Positions 51,385-64,000 of a DNA stretch of 64,000 bases are shown piece by piece (position 1 is the first letter of the stretch; each line of letters starts with the position of its first letter). The stretch comes from Octopus vulgaris. Lineage: Eukaryota. The position numbers and the translations under genes were made by a program. The stretch lies in contig OX597817.1 in NCBI GenBank assembly GCA_951406725.2, positions 116,126,001-116,190,000 of the forward strand. Reading direction: 5' to 3'. The notes below the pieces were generated by a model, which saw only the letters and a list, made by a program, of their open reading frames with translations, did not search any database and was not told the DNA's origin.

Positions 51385-52110
51385 AAAATGAGAGACACAG
51401 AAAGGTAGAGACATTCAGATGGTGAAATTTTAAGTTTAAATAGATATTTATATTAATAGGACCAACCTAGAGAGAATACAAAAGAATCGCTTACCATCTG
51501 TAACATAGTGAGGATAACTGAATTACGTCCCTTTGCAGGCAAACACCACCAGGTAAAGAGGATAGATGAATTACGTCCCACTCCTGGCAAAACAGCATAT
51601 GGTGGCGTGGCAGCTGGCACCTATATATTCCGGTTGTTTGGGGTGCTCTACCTCTCACGCCGTTTTGGACACCAAAGAGCTTGAATCACTCTCCTGCCTC
51701 AGGTACAAACCACATGCGGTTACCTGCTAATAGGTTTCATACCACTGTCATTCTCATGCTTTATCATGGTAATTTGTCCAGTGACTAACTTTATCACTAC
51801 ACCCTACGAGAAAACCAACTGTCATGTGAGAGGGGAGGGAAACCACGAGGGGCAAGGACACGGTCGAGGTATTTGCAAATATTTTCCGTGGGGCAGTTAC
51901 AAGGGCGGCCAGAGTTATCAGGCTTGTGGATTTTGTAAAGAAAGTAAATTGTGGGAGTGCGTGGAGTACGGATAGCGACGTTGGAGGTGGTAGGAGTGAG
52001 ATGGGAGGAGGAAACGTTCTCGAATATTGGAGGACATAGTCTGTTGGTAGTTTGACGTGGGGTTGACGAGGGCAATTGCAGGTGTGTGTTGTCCTGACGC
52101 TAAAAAATAG
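51385..52110 (-). mobile_element. Penelope-like element: RT fragment joined to a probable pseudo-LTR
   Basis: PRTPTIYFLYKIHKPDNSGRP-CNCPTENICKYLDRVLAP matches the PLE RT N-terminal motif (FY.LPKIHK...PGRPIVS...PTE.IS.YLD). Downstream on the same strand is a decayed HHR-like stretch, cctgaggcagga...tccaaaacggcgtgagagg (~51648-51703). Confidence 0.85.
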
Positions 52111-53233
52111 ATTTTTCTTTCTTTATGATTTCTACTACTGTTCATATTTGTTGGATACATTTTGTATGTTGGTTCGTTACGGTTTCTGTCCAGTATTTTG
52201 TTTTTCATTTTATTGTTAATACTATTTTTAATAATCTGTGTAAAAATATGGGTTCACTCTAGGATCTAGACCGTTTTTTGCCCAGCTCCTTATTGGTAAA
52301 CTTTGTTGAGATCTTGAGAATGATTTCCTTCTAGTTTTTCTATCCTTAATGGTTTGATCAAATATCTGTTCTGCATGTGTTTTGTACATTTAAGCGAGCA
52401 TATTGCAACATGTGGTCAGATAATGTTTATGATATTCTCATTCAACAAACTGCATGACTCAAGTGAAATTGTGAGAAATGTCAGAGAAAAGAATTTTATT
52501 CATAAATTCAAACTCGTTCAAAATAGTCATTTATATTAACGGTGATAATTAAACGGATGATGGCGATAATAATAATAATACTGCTATCACTACTGCTACC
52601 ACCATCACCACTAACAAAATGGGAAAATGGTAGTAGTGTCGACGAAATTAACAATGACTCGATTGAAATGTAAGCATTTCTGAAGTAACAATTGAATTCA
52701 ATAAAAACAAGGAGTGTTGCTTGCAACATTCCGAAATATAGCCAAACAATTATTCCTTCAGGTTGGGTCAGTGTAAAGAATCTTTGTCCTGCCCACCAAA
52801 CCGTGACGTCTAAGCCACGTACTGATTGGTCGAAATACTGTTAGAACTTAGTTGGTAGGCTCACCAATCCGTGACATTTAATCCACATGTTGTTGAGTCA
52901 AAGTACACTTCGTAACTGGAGCCCATAAGAACATATTTAAAAGATAAATCCAACCATTTCACTACAGTTGTCAATTGTGGAACATGACTGCCACTACGTT
53001 AATCTGATGTTTGCGTAACGCATGAAAGTACTAGTTTATTTCAATATGGTAAAATTGTAAAATAATAAATATTGCAAATAATAAAACGTGAAAATCAGAC
53101 TGGGTCGGAATTTCATTGATTAATATTTTCTTCTGTACACAATCATAGAAACTTAGATATATATCTATATTTCTTTTGTATATATGCCAACATGTCTACA
53201 AAGAAACAAGCGAAAGCAGGAACAGAAATCCTT

Positions 53234-53594
53234 ATCGAGTAATTTAACTATTACCCACTTAAACGTGGATGTTCTGTTGGAGGAATCATTACTGCGGTAG
53301 ATATTATGAGAAAAACTCTTATACTGGCTTCTGGTGCAAAATGCACTCTTGCTTATATTAGCAGCGGGGAAATAAATCCCCACCATCTTCAACACCGAGA
53401 TTACCAGATCACATGATTTTGGCATTCCCTGGTCTCATCGACGAAGGACACTCCGGTGGTTACAGCGCTGGAGATGGCGGTGATTCATCTTTCCGCTAGC
53501 GATATAAACAAGGCGTCATTTTGCATCAGCAGCCAGTAAAGTTTGTTCTAACAGAACATTCACGTTTAAGTGAGAATAGAAACTATCTCTCGGT
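53234..53594. repeat. ~360-bp diverged palindrome
   Basis: cacttaaacgtggatgttctgttgga pairs with tctaacagaacattcacgtttaagtg, and tactggcttctggtgcaaaatg pairs with cattttgcatcagcagccagta. Confidence 0.9.
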
Positions 53595-53863
53595 ATTGAT
53601 ACTACTCTGTGGCTATTATATAACTTATTATGTGTGATATTATTGAACATATCACTGTGCAAGTAATTTACACATTGTTAAACAATTAGAAGTATCTAAT
53701 ATAGCAAAATCGTGTAGGAGCCAAAAGTGTATACACCTGAATTGTATTTGGATGTACAATACAAATATATTTCAGAATAGCACAAGTGATTCTTTTACTA
53801 ATTTCCATTTTATTTCAGTATTACGCATACAGGCAAACACAGACACACATTCACACTCACATA

Positions 53864-53916
<53 letters not shown>

Positions 53917-54687
53917 ACACATATATATATAAACACACATTCGCAAACATCTACGCACACACATACACACACTCATACACACACATGTGTGTGTAATCTA
54001 TGTTTCAATAATCCGTTACTTTGGGAAGAAATCCTTCGCAGAAGTTTCCAAATGAATTAAGAGGTCTCCGATTGTAAATCGTATGAAAATCGTTAAATTT
54101 ATTCATCGCATGTACGTTGAGCAACTTAAAAGCAGTCTTTAAATATGGAGCGTAACAATACCTAAACAAAACTACGACATAAAAGAACGTTTCATAATAT
54201 ATACTTCAGCCGAAGTTGATCACTTGTTTTGGGAAGTATGTTGTTGATTTAATCGTTTTCAGTGTACTTCAAATAATTTATCAAGACCAAGAGGAAAGAA
54301 AAGGAAAGTATGTATAGAATTATGCTTCTAGAATATATTCTTTGAAGATATATGTCTACCATATCTATATCGATAACAGTTACATTAATACGGCCAACAT
54401 ATATTCTCATCCTAGGTAATCATCAATTATCATCAAAGCTCAAATAGCGTCCTTCTAATGCAATATGGAAATAAGTATATGATCAGAATCTTCATCGACT
54501 CGATCCATGTTATTCTGAAAATGATGTACATAGTCATTGAATCCTAGAAGCTCACCATTCACCACTAGTGCAAGATACACACACACACAAACGCACACAC
54601 ATACACACACGCACAAACGCACACATAGATACAACAACATATATGTAAACATACAAGCACACATACACACATGTATATACATACACC

Positions 54688-54739
<52 letters not shown>

Positions 54740-54767
54740 TATATGTATGTATGTATGTGTCTCCCCG

Positions 54768-54847
<80 letters not shown>

Positions 54848-55404
54848 TAACAATTCCTAATCTCCTTTGATCAAATTTTCTCGTTTCTACATAGGTTCCC
54901 TCTATTTACCTAAACACCTGAATTATTCCATACTGCTTTCCCTTCAAGTTGTAGGATTACCTATAATATCCTGTTTTCATTAAACTACTTCAAACAGTTC
55001 GTAAAACAACTCACATTACTATCTATATTCAAGCTCCTTCGACTCCTCTGTAATACACATTGTCAATAGAAATGACATACACATTTTTTCGACAGGAATT
55101 TCTCCACGTTTACCTGATGTCAGCTATCACATTAACATACTCTGTTTCCTTCTTTCTTTCTTTGTCTCTATCTGCATGTCAATCCACTTGGAAGCATTTC
55201 TATTTAAATGAACGATATTACTTTTAAATCCGTGATGTGTACACAAAAATAAACAATTCTAAATAGTAACGTTCCGTTATAAAACAGGTAATAAAAATCA
55301 AAATGAATTTTAAAATGTAACTGTGTAATGTGGAGATGTGTTTGAATGTTGTGAGAGATGACTTTGTCGATGTGTAACAATAAAAGCTTCACATAATAAT
55401 ACTT

Positions 55405-55610
55405 TCAACTATAGGCACAATCTAAAATTTGTGGGAGGGGAACTACTTGATTACATTAACCCCACCGCTCAGCTGGTACTTACTTCATCGAATCCTAAAG
55501 GTCGAAAGACAAAGTCGATCTCGGCGGAATTTGAACTCAGAATGTAAAGACGAACCAAATGCCGCTAAGCATTTTGCTCGGCGTCCTGACGATTATGCCA
55601 GCTCATCGCA
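55405..55610 (-). mobile_element. SINE family C
   Basis: aaagtcgatctcggcggaatttgaactcagaatgtaaagacg...gccgctaagcattttgctcggcgt...tgccagctc. Confidence 0.87.
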
Positions 55611-55796
55611 ATTAAAGCCCCCCCCCCCCCCCCAAAGTTCCAGTAATAATAAATGCAGTGATACGAATGTGACTTGTAAAAGCATAACTCTTTCGCAGTA
55701 GGTTTGCAAAATAACACATAGAAAAGCGCCATGTTTCTGTTTAAAAGAATTCCTATATAAATTTACGTGACAAACAATTATTTTAAATAAGTAAAT

Positions 55797-55934
55797 GTTA
55801 CCCTTTTAGCATTAATCTAATTACCATAATTAATCAAATTTTGATGAACAAATATTGTCTTAGAAAAGCATATTAATTTATATGACGAATAATAAGAAAT
55901 GCATTTCATGGAAATTCTTAAATGCAAAGTGTTA
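55797..55934. mobile_element. Possible short TTAA-type MITE
   Basis: Termini tta-cccttttagcatt and aaatgcaaagtgttaa are degenerate inverted repeats. Confidence 0.4.
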
Positions 55935-56776
55935 AAACGAACATCAAGTCACATGCGCGTACACACACACAAATGTGTGTATGTGTGTATATTTTGTGCA
56001 CAGGAGTCCGTTTATGCACGCAAGTCCCTTCCTACCGTTTTTAAAGTGTGTAATTGAAAAGTATGAAAACTAATTTGTTTTTCTATTGTTCTTCCATTTA
56101 GCAGTTTGGAAGTGTATGCTTCACACATCTTCAGATCTAACAATATTTTCAATAAATGATGCATCACTAAAAATTCTAATTAACGACCTAACATCAAAGT
56201 AATTTATTGTTTAATAAATTGATTTATAATTTATTGTTCTAAATACATTAATTCATTTATTGTAGATTATTTCTAAGAAAATATTGAATCCATATGTATA
56301 TATTGTTATCCCAAACCAGGCTATGAACCAATGTTAACTAACACATTATTCATATTTCCCAATTAAAAATAATCTATTTTGTAGCATTCAATATATATAA
56401 AGACAATTTTAAATCAAAGACATACACTTACAGCAAAATTTATTCCACTGAACGGAATAACACAAATAATAGTTCCGCGGCTGCAGTAGTATGAATAAGT
56501 AATAAGTTTAATGTATTTCGGGAAACAGACACACACATATATACATCTTATCTGTATTATGTTGCTAGGGAAATGCCACCCAGTAACAAGAATGCGCCAT
56601 ATTTCCATAAATCTAAACTGAATTAGAGACAAAATGTAATTCATTAAAACAAGTAAAACCAAGCATGACGCACGTCTTTACACTTTACTGATAATAATGT
56701 CTGCATGATGGGAATATATATTACTTAGAAGAACACAGTATAACTCAATGAATGTATATTTACTTGCATTGTGATA

Positions 56777-56843
<67 letters not shown>

Positions 56844-56934
56844 TAGATAGATAGATATAGATATATGTACGTCTGTGTGTGAGCGTGCTTGTCTATGTGT
56901 GTGTGTGTTTGTGTATGTGTGTGTGTGTGTGTGT

Positions 56935-57125
56935 GTTTGTATCTGTATTTCTGCTACCATCACTGCTTCACAAACGCTCCCGGTGTGCTTGCGTTTCCGT
57001 AACTTAACGGTTCGGCAAAAGAAACCGATACAATAAGTACCGGGCTTCAAAAAGAAATCCTGGTATCGAATTAACTAAAGAAAAATCATGGAAGTGCCCC
57101 AGCATAGCTGCAGTGTAGTGTAAGA

Positions 57126-57128
<3 letters not shown>
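56935..57128 (+). mobile_element. SINE family B, 3' half
   Basis: ccgtaacttaacggttcggcaaaagaaaccgatacaataagtacc...gtgccccagcatagctgcagt. Confidence 0.8.
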
Positions 57129-57166
<38 letters not shown>

Positions 57167-57184
57167 CTGCAGTGTAGTGTAAGA

Positions 57185-57218
<34 letters not shown>

Positions 57219-57274
57219 TCTTACACTACACTGCAGCTATGCTGGGGCACTTCCATGATTTTTCTTTAGTTAAT

Positions 57275-57276
<2 letters not shown>
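57068..57276. repeat. Exact inverted duplication around TA arrays
   Basis: gaattaactaaagaaaaatcatggaagtgccccagcatagctgcagtgtagtgtaagactaat and its reverse complement at ~57213-57276, plus a direct partial copy at ~57162-57190. Confidence 0.93.
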
Positions 57277-57316
<40 letters not shown>

Positions 57317-59411
57317 CTGTGTGTGTGTGTGTATGTACGTATGTATGCAGTGTTTTGCTAATGAAGAGTGCAATATATACTTTACTATGTATATAACAAA
57401 TATTCATATGCGGGCTAACATCGCATGTGTAACCCATCCTATATCCACCATGAACTGACTCGATGAAAAATAATATTTTAAAGGTCACTTCCAGATGAAG
57501 TGTCATATTAGATCCTCTGAAGTAGTTCGAAAATATTTGACCAGTAGTAAAAACTATTCATGAGGAGAATTCGAGAAACATGAAGAAATAAGGAAAAGGA
57601 AGGGAACAGTAAAACCAAAATAGAAGGGATTAGAGCTTGCAAGAAAAAATTAAGCAAATGAGGAAATGTATAGAGAATAAAAACGGTTCGTATGAAAAAA
57701 AAAGGTCACTTTATATTAAGTAGTATCTAAATGGCATTTTTTTGTTCTAGACAGTAGGATTTCTAATTGGACAGTAGGCATGTATCCGTATGAGGATAGG
57801 TTGTAAATATTTCATCATTAGAGCTGAAACAGAGGTAAAGCTATCTCTAGTTTTGTGAGAATTGTGTCCCTTGAGTTAGACAACATCTACACTTTCTGGC
57901 TTCATTTATCTATGCATTCGTTATCTCGCGTACCCGCCGGGTAATGATCTTTACATTAAAGATCATATATGTACCATCAATATTGTTGCGTTTCTCTTTT
58001 CAGGATGTTCAAAAGGAGACAAATGGTTTTTGAGTCTTTCTTAAAGCAACCTTGTACCATCCCGATTTAACTGTTTTACCTCCACTGCTTTATTTCGCTC
58101 GATCAGAGTAATTGGTATTTCATGTGTGATTGACGTAATATTTCATGTCTCTCGGTATGTCATTAATCATTCTTCATGCATAAACATTCCATATTTACAA
58201 TGTATCTGTATTTGCCCGATTGAGGATGTTAATAACGATTACAAATTTTGAATCCTGGAGTAGCTGACGTTCACTGTACATAGAGTAAAAAAATTATTAT
58301 AAGGGATTTTTTTCAATGGGAGAATATTTTTCTAGAAACTTCTGAATTTCCCCACTTCATTACACAACAAAAAAATTAAGACGAAGTAAAGAAAATAAGT
58401 TGTCTCGGTATATAGCTGAATCATTTGGTCTTGGTTGCGGAGTTCAAGAATAACTCGAATTGTATGAGATGCTGAAAATAAGGGTGTATACATTTAAATA
58501 AACATAAATATTCACAGACCATAGGTAACCTGCTACCATTGTGCATGCACACATGCATATACTTATCTACATACATACGCATACAGACACACACATGTAC
58601 ATACCGATTCACATGCACTCTCACACAAATACATATGTATATATGTGCACCCATACCTACATGTATATATATATACATACAAGAATGCATACATGTATAC
58701 TCGAATAGGCGTATATATGTGTATATGCACTTATATATTGTACAATATATGAACGACTAACAAATTATAGCTTACAATTATAATTTAATTTTAGATATGT
58801 CATTATGAGTTATTGCAAGCAACTAAAGTGAGATAGCAAATGGAATGGCATTTACTACATTGCGCAAGATGACTCAACGGAAAGGATTTAGAGCTAGATC
58901 GAAAACTACGCCAATAACAAAATTGTTTTTCACATATAATTTGTTAATGGTCAAATGAACAAGAGAATCCCGGATCTACCATATATGCTGTAACTAAGGA
59001 GTATTATCGTAAACTACTACGTATTTTCTATTGTGGTTGGTAATGTTTCCAACTCATCAATTATTGGTTTCCTGCATTTATGATGATGGCATTGCCAGAG
59101 GAAACGGTTGGTCGGTAACATGTTTTCGAACGGTACCCATAAATAGTTTTCGATTACAAAACAAACAGAATGTTGTTTAATAAATTACGTAGATCTAGAA
59201 TTATTTGCCAGTAGTTGTCTTAATTCGATGTAATTGTTTAGTATTGAATCTGAAAACATCTCGTTCTCATCACGATGCTGAATGAATGAAAGCATATCGC
59301 TAAAAAGTGAATTGGAAAGGAGGTGTGACTCGATAAACGCTGCATAACCTATATGTATGTTGTGAGCGTAGGTATGTATCTCGCCCCCCCCTCTCTCTCT
59401 AGCTGTATATA

Positions 59412-59496
<85 letters not shown>

Positions 59497-59497
<1 letters not shown>

Positions 59498-60732
59498 GTG
59501 GGTTGGACAAAATAATGGAAAGACCTTAAAATTTCAAGCGAATTTATTTTAATATGGGTAAGACCGCGTTTGACAGTAATTACAGCTTGAATTCTACGAG
59601 GCATGGGCTGGTACAAAGCTTGAATTGTTTCCAAAAGTATTTTTGTCCATTCTTCAGCTAAAACAGTTTCCACTTCTTGTAGAGATGATGGCGGAAGATA
59701 TCGACTCCTTACTTGTTTTTCTAAATGTTCAATAATATCGAGATGAGGGGACTGTAGTAACAAAATAAGATGTTCAACTTCATTAGACTGTTCCTCGTGC
59801 CATTCAGTAACAACTTTAGCTGTGTGAATTGGTGCATTATCATCCTAAAACATTGCGTTTCCCTCCGGAAACACTAACGCAACCATAGGATGAATTTGAT
59901 CAGATAAAATGTTTAGTGTTGACTACTAATTCGGCCATGAAGGTAAACCATTGTGCCGGCTGATTTCCAATCCCGATTATTACAAACCCTCCTCCATGTT
60001 TAACAGTTGGAAGAAGGCAGTCTGGATCAAATGGTTCTTTTGGCTGTTTCCGCACGTATACTCGGTCGGAAATGTGGCAAAGGATGACTTGTCCGAGAAA
60101 ATAACATTTTCCCACTACTCTAGGGACCAATTCTGTAGGTCTTTACTCCACTCTAAACGCTTTGCAACGTTTGTTTTTCAAAGTAGTGGTTTACTGATTG
60201 CAGCCCTCCCGCGAAATCCGGCTTCGTGCAGCTCCCGGTGAACAGCTTTTGTAGAAACTGGGTTTTCGAGGTGGTTATTAAGCTCTGCAGTAGTTTTGGG
60301 AGCTGTACTTTTGTGATCCTTTTGAACAATTCGTATAAGAGTCCGACGGTCCCTCTCTGAAAGTTTTGGTTCCCTTCCGGAGTCTTGTTTCGACGAGGAT
60401 GTTTTCCCTCTTTCTCAAAGGCTGTCATTACTTTCGAGACAGTACTTCTTGATATACCAAATATTTCGGCTGTTTTCGTTAAGCTAGCACCTGACATACG
60501 AGCGCCAACAATTTGACCTCTTTGAATGTCCGGTATATCTGTCATTTTAATGAATTTTAGTTATCTTTTTCTGATGATATCTGAAAAGAAACAGCTATTT
60601 TAACAAAACATATTGAGCGACACTAATAATAAAAAAAAAACTAACAATAAACACGCTTTTGACGGTTTTATAGACATTTGAAGATTTTGATGCTATGATG
60701 CTAGGTATTTGCAGTATTTTGTCCAATCCCTG
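59497..60732 (-). mobile_element. Near full-length Tc1-like transposon (transposase pseudogene)
   Basis: TIRs cgtgggttggacaaaataatggaaagacct and aggtatttgcagtattttgtccaatccctg|TA. Peptide pieces include MTDIPDIQRGQIVGARMSGASLTKTAEIFGISRSTVSKV, WENVIFSDKS, LLPTVKHGGG, F*DDNAPIH and QSPHLDIIEHL. Stops and frameshifts are present. Confidence 0.96.
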
Positions 60733-60908
60733 TATATAAACACACACACACACACACACACTCACATAATTTAATATGGAGTCAATCTATCCGGTCTTAA
60801 TGAACAAAGTTAGGTTTACTGCATTTATATATACTTTGATCCTGAGATGACTTTTTGTGTAGAATTAAGTTTACGCTTCTTTACTATAAATTATTTTTTA
60901 AAACAGTA

Positions 60909-61050
60909 AGCTGGCAGAATCGTTAGTACTAAGCAACATTTCATCGGCTTTTACGTTCTGAGTTCAAATGGCGTCGATGTCAACTGTCTTTCATCCTCCT
61001 GTGGTCGACCATATAAGTAACAGCTGGCTGCTGGGGTAGACTTTATGTCT
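60909..61050 (+). mobile_element. SINE family C, degenerate
   Basis: agctggcagaatcgttagtac...ttacgttctgagttcaaat. Confidence 0.75.
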
Positions 61051-62013
61051 ATAATAGAAACGGTAATTATAATTTTTATTTTCCGCAAACAACCGTTTTC
61101 GGTTAGGCCTGAAAAATCATGTAAAACGTAAAATATTAATGATTAATCTCTAGCCTTAGTTTGGATCTTATTATCTGAAGCTATGCAAGAAGAATAAATG
61201 CTACACTTAAATGGTCTTTATTGTGAATGGCATTTCTTCTGTCCTATCTTGAAATTTCTTATTTCAAAGGGAATGAAATAATGCAATGCTCTTAAAACCA
61301 GATTGCTCTGTTGAAAAATAAATAAAAAATAACAAAGAGAATGTCAATGATTCCAACAATGTGTAAAAAGAAATTACCATAATTCTGCACAACGTAAAAC
61401 TGTATGAGAATATTTATGTTTTCTGCTTCACATCAGATAACCTTCAGTTGTGTTGGAATTTTAACATAGGAAGATAAAAAGACATTCTTATGACAATGAA
61501 AACACTGCGTTACGATTTGAACTGAATATAATTTTTACATAGTGTTGACAATAAGAATAAATGTGAGACATATTCCGCAGTTATAAGTCTCTTTAGCAAT
61601 AAAACACAATTGCATGTATACGATAATTTCAATGTTTTTATCTAAAATGAGTTCCCAAGTCATTGAAAAGATTGAATACAATTATGTATTTCATGTATTA
61701 GGGCTATAAAATTATACTGAGAATTTTTGTTATAAAATACAATTCTTTATGTTTTCCCTCATTCTGATTTATCAAGTCGTTTACATTTTTCATAAGATAT
61801 AATACGCATGCTGTTTTGGACAGCAGTCAGTATCCGTGAAACAATAAGCGTTTTCTGCCCATTACATTGCCAAAAATTCTCATTGAGTTATTGCATACTT
61901 TGTCTAGATTTATAGAATAGAGCATATCTACCATACGTAAGACAAGCTAAACACTGTAAATTTTTAAAGATTTTATTCGTACTTCATCCGTTAAAAAAGT
62001 GGATGAAGAACAG

Positions 62014-62057
<44 letters not shown>

Positions 62058-63082
62058 TCACACACACATAGATACAGGAACACGCGCGCGCGCACACACA
62101 CACACACTCATTATGACTGACCCAAAAGACACGTACATACATGCAAATATATATGCGCGTCTACGCATATAAACACATATTTACGCGTGAATTTTAAGGC
62201 CTGTGTCCAAACAACATTCGTTCTGTTTCATCTGAAAGCACGTCAAAGCCCCAAACCAATTTACTGATTAGTTCTCATATGAAACATAATGCCTTTTATT
62301 GAATTAACTGTATTAATTAAACATCTTACTGTGTATTGATATAGTGAATAATATTTTCGAAGTAGTTTTAATCAAATCTATTTTAGTACTTCGCGTAACG
62401 TATTCAAAGTAAGTTTATTATATATTTATATTATTGAACAGATAATACCAGAGTTTCTATGGTTGTGACAGTTTATAATCTTTCCTTTACTGCAGCATGA
62501 AAAATGCCACGAGTTGGGAAGAGTGAAAGGGGGCTAAGAAACAAAGCAAAATATAAAATCATGAAGAAACCAAGAGTTCAAAATATTATATATATAAACC
62601 CTAATAACATATATGTTACAATTCTTTAGTTTGCAAAGATATTATGCGAGTGGGTTCTACGAACATTAGATATCAGAATCATAATACTCTTTCAGTAAAA
62701 CAAGAATGATCTCATTTGATTCTATTAACACAATTGTATAATATAACACGACTAGTTGTCACAATCGAAAGAATGCCTTGCACAGATATTTGCTTTGTAT
62801 GTTCAAATATTTCAGTTCGACTTCGCCTCTCATCCCTTCGACAGGTCAATTAATAATAGGAAAGTACTGGAATAGACGATATCGGTTAACTTTTTCCCAA
62901 CAAAATCTATGGCGGCATTGTTCCCAAATTAGAAACTGCCGAATAATACGGTTCTAACTGGGTACTTTCGTAGCAATATGATTCGGGTAATGTGAAGATT
63001 AAAAGCATACTTTCTTGTATTTATTCATTTTCTATAACACACACACACACAAACACACAAACACACACACACATACACACAC

Positions 63083-63137
<55 letters not shown>

Positions 63138-63456
63138 ATAAATTATCAAGGTGGCTATTCACATTTTACGACCAAAAGGCATGTCGTTAGAAAAGTGCTC
63201 TTACATGATTAAGAGTTATTTTGACTCTTATTTCTAGCTATGTTGGTGCTCACGAACACAGCCATCACTTTAATGACTATTTATGTATTTATATGACTTA
63301 TATTTTAAGATTGGTTCTAACCGTATATGAATTTTGTTTAAAGAATTTGATCTACGAAAGTTTGTCCCCCACTTTCCTTCCTGTTATCAATTACTTATTT
63401 ACTCCTATAAAGCGTTGATTAGCTTCGCTGCAGTAAAGATTTTCCTCTATATTTTT

Positions 63457-63497
<41 letters not shown>

Positions 63498-64000
63498 CTC
63501 TATATCTTACTTAAAGAGGATACACAAAACTGCCGTACTCGTCTCGAGAAATCATCTCCTATAAACGTATAGTGTTAAAAAACATCGAAGTGTATCAATG
63601 GCAAAGGAAAAAGCGTAGGGACCGGTGGGGGAATTGCTGAATCTATATTTCTGTGGCTTCTTGCGCCGTCAGCAGCAACTAAAAACTGTCGACCGCATGC
63701 TTAGAAATAATTAAGTCACTACTGATATAGAATAACCCTAACTGCAGGCGCTTTACATTCAGACTGATGCAATTTTTGAAGTTTACCGCATGTATTTTGT
63801 TCGGTTTATAACATTTAATTTAGTTAAATTTTTATCATTCTACCGCCTTTCTAATGACCTGCACCTATTCTTCGATCAAGCATGCAGCGCACATGCCCGA
63901 GTAATCAGGTACATTCAACTACTATTTAGTTGTGTCGTAAAGTTCAGTTGCAAATAATTACAGTAGATTTGAGCGGTATAGCAGTGAGCGCTAATATGGG

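Noticed and set aside
52795-52920. ~67-bp imperfect tandem repeat as a CRISPR-like array
   Set aside because: Only two diverged units, eukaryotic context, and no spacer structure or cas genes.
59497-60732. Active Tc1 transposase gene
   Set aside because: Multiple frameshifts and stops split the transposase across several ORFs.

Overview
AT-rich, repeat-dense eukaryotic (animal) DNA with no supportable host protein-coding exon. The microsatellite load and SINE families look like a coleoid cephalopod (Octopus-like) intron or intergenic region; this is inference. Almost all ORFs in the supplied track are microsatellite artefacts or decayed transposon pieces. Identifiable content: several mariner/Tc1 relics, non-autonomous Helitrons, several tRNA-derived SINE families, and fragments of R4/Dong, CR1 and RTE LINEs. 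There are also many pieces of Penelope-like retroelements (PLEs): an RT fragment, endonuclease C-termini, and pseudo-LTRs with type I hammerhead ribozyme (HHR) motifs, including one apparently intact HHR at 41166-41248 (-). The most interesting signal is a recurring architecture of long inverted arms, a one-sided tail and an HHR motif. One such element (42617-43051) has a 73-nt tRNA-like Pol III head and an HHR/PLE-type 3' end, making it a candidate Penelope-mobilised, ribozyme-bearing SINE. All calls are by eye. Coordinates of degenerate elements are approximate.
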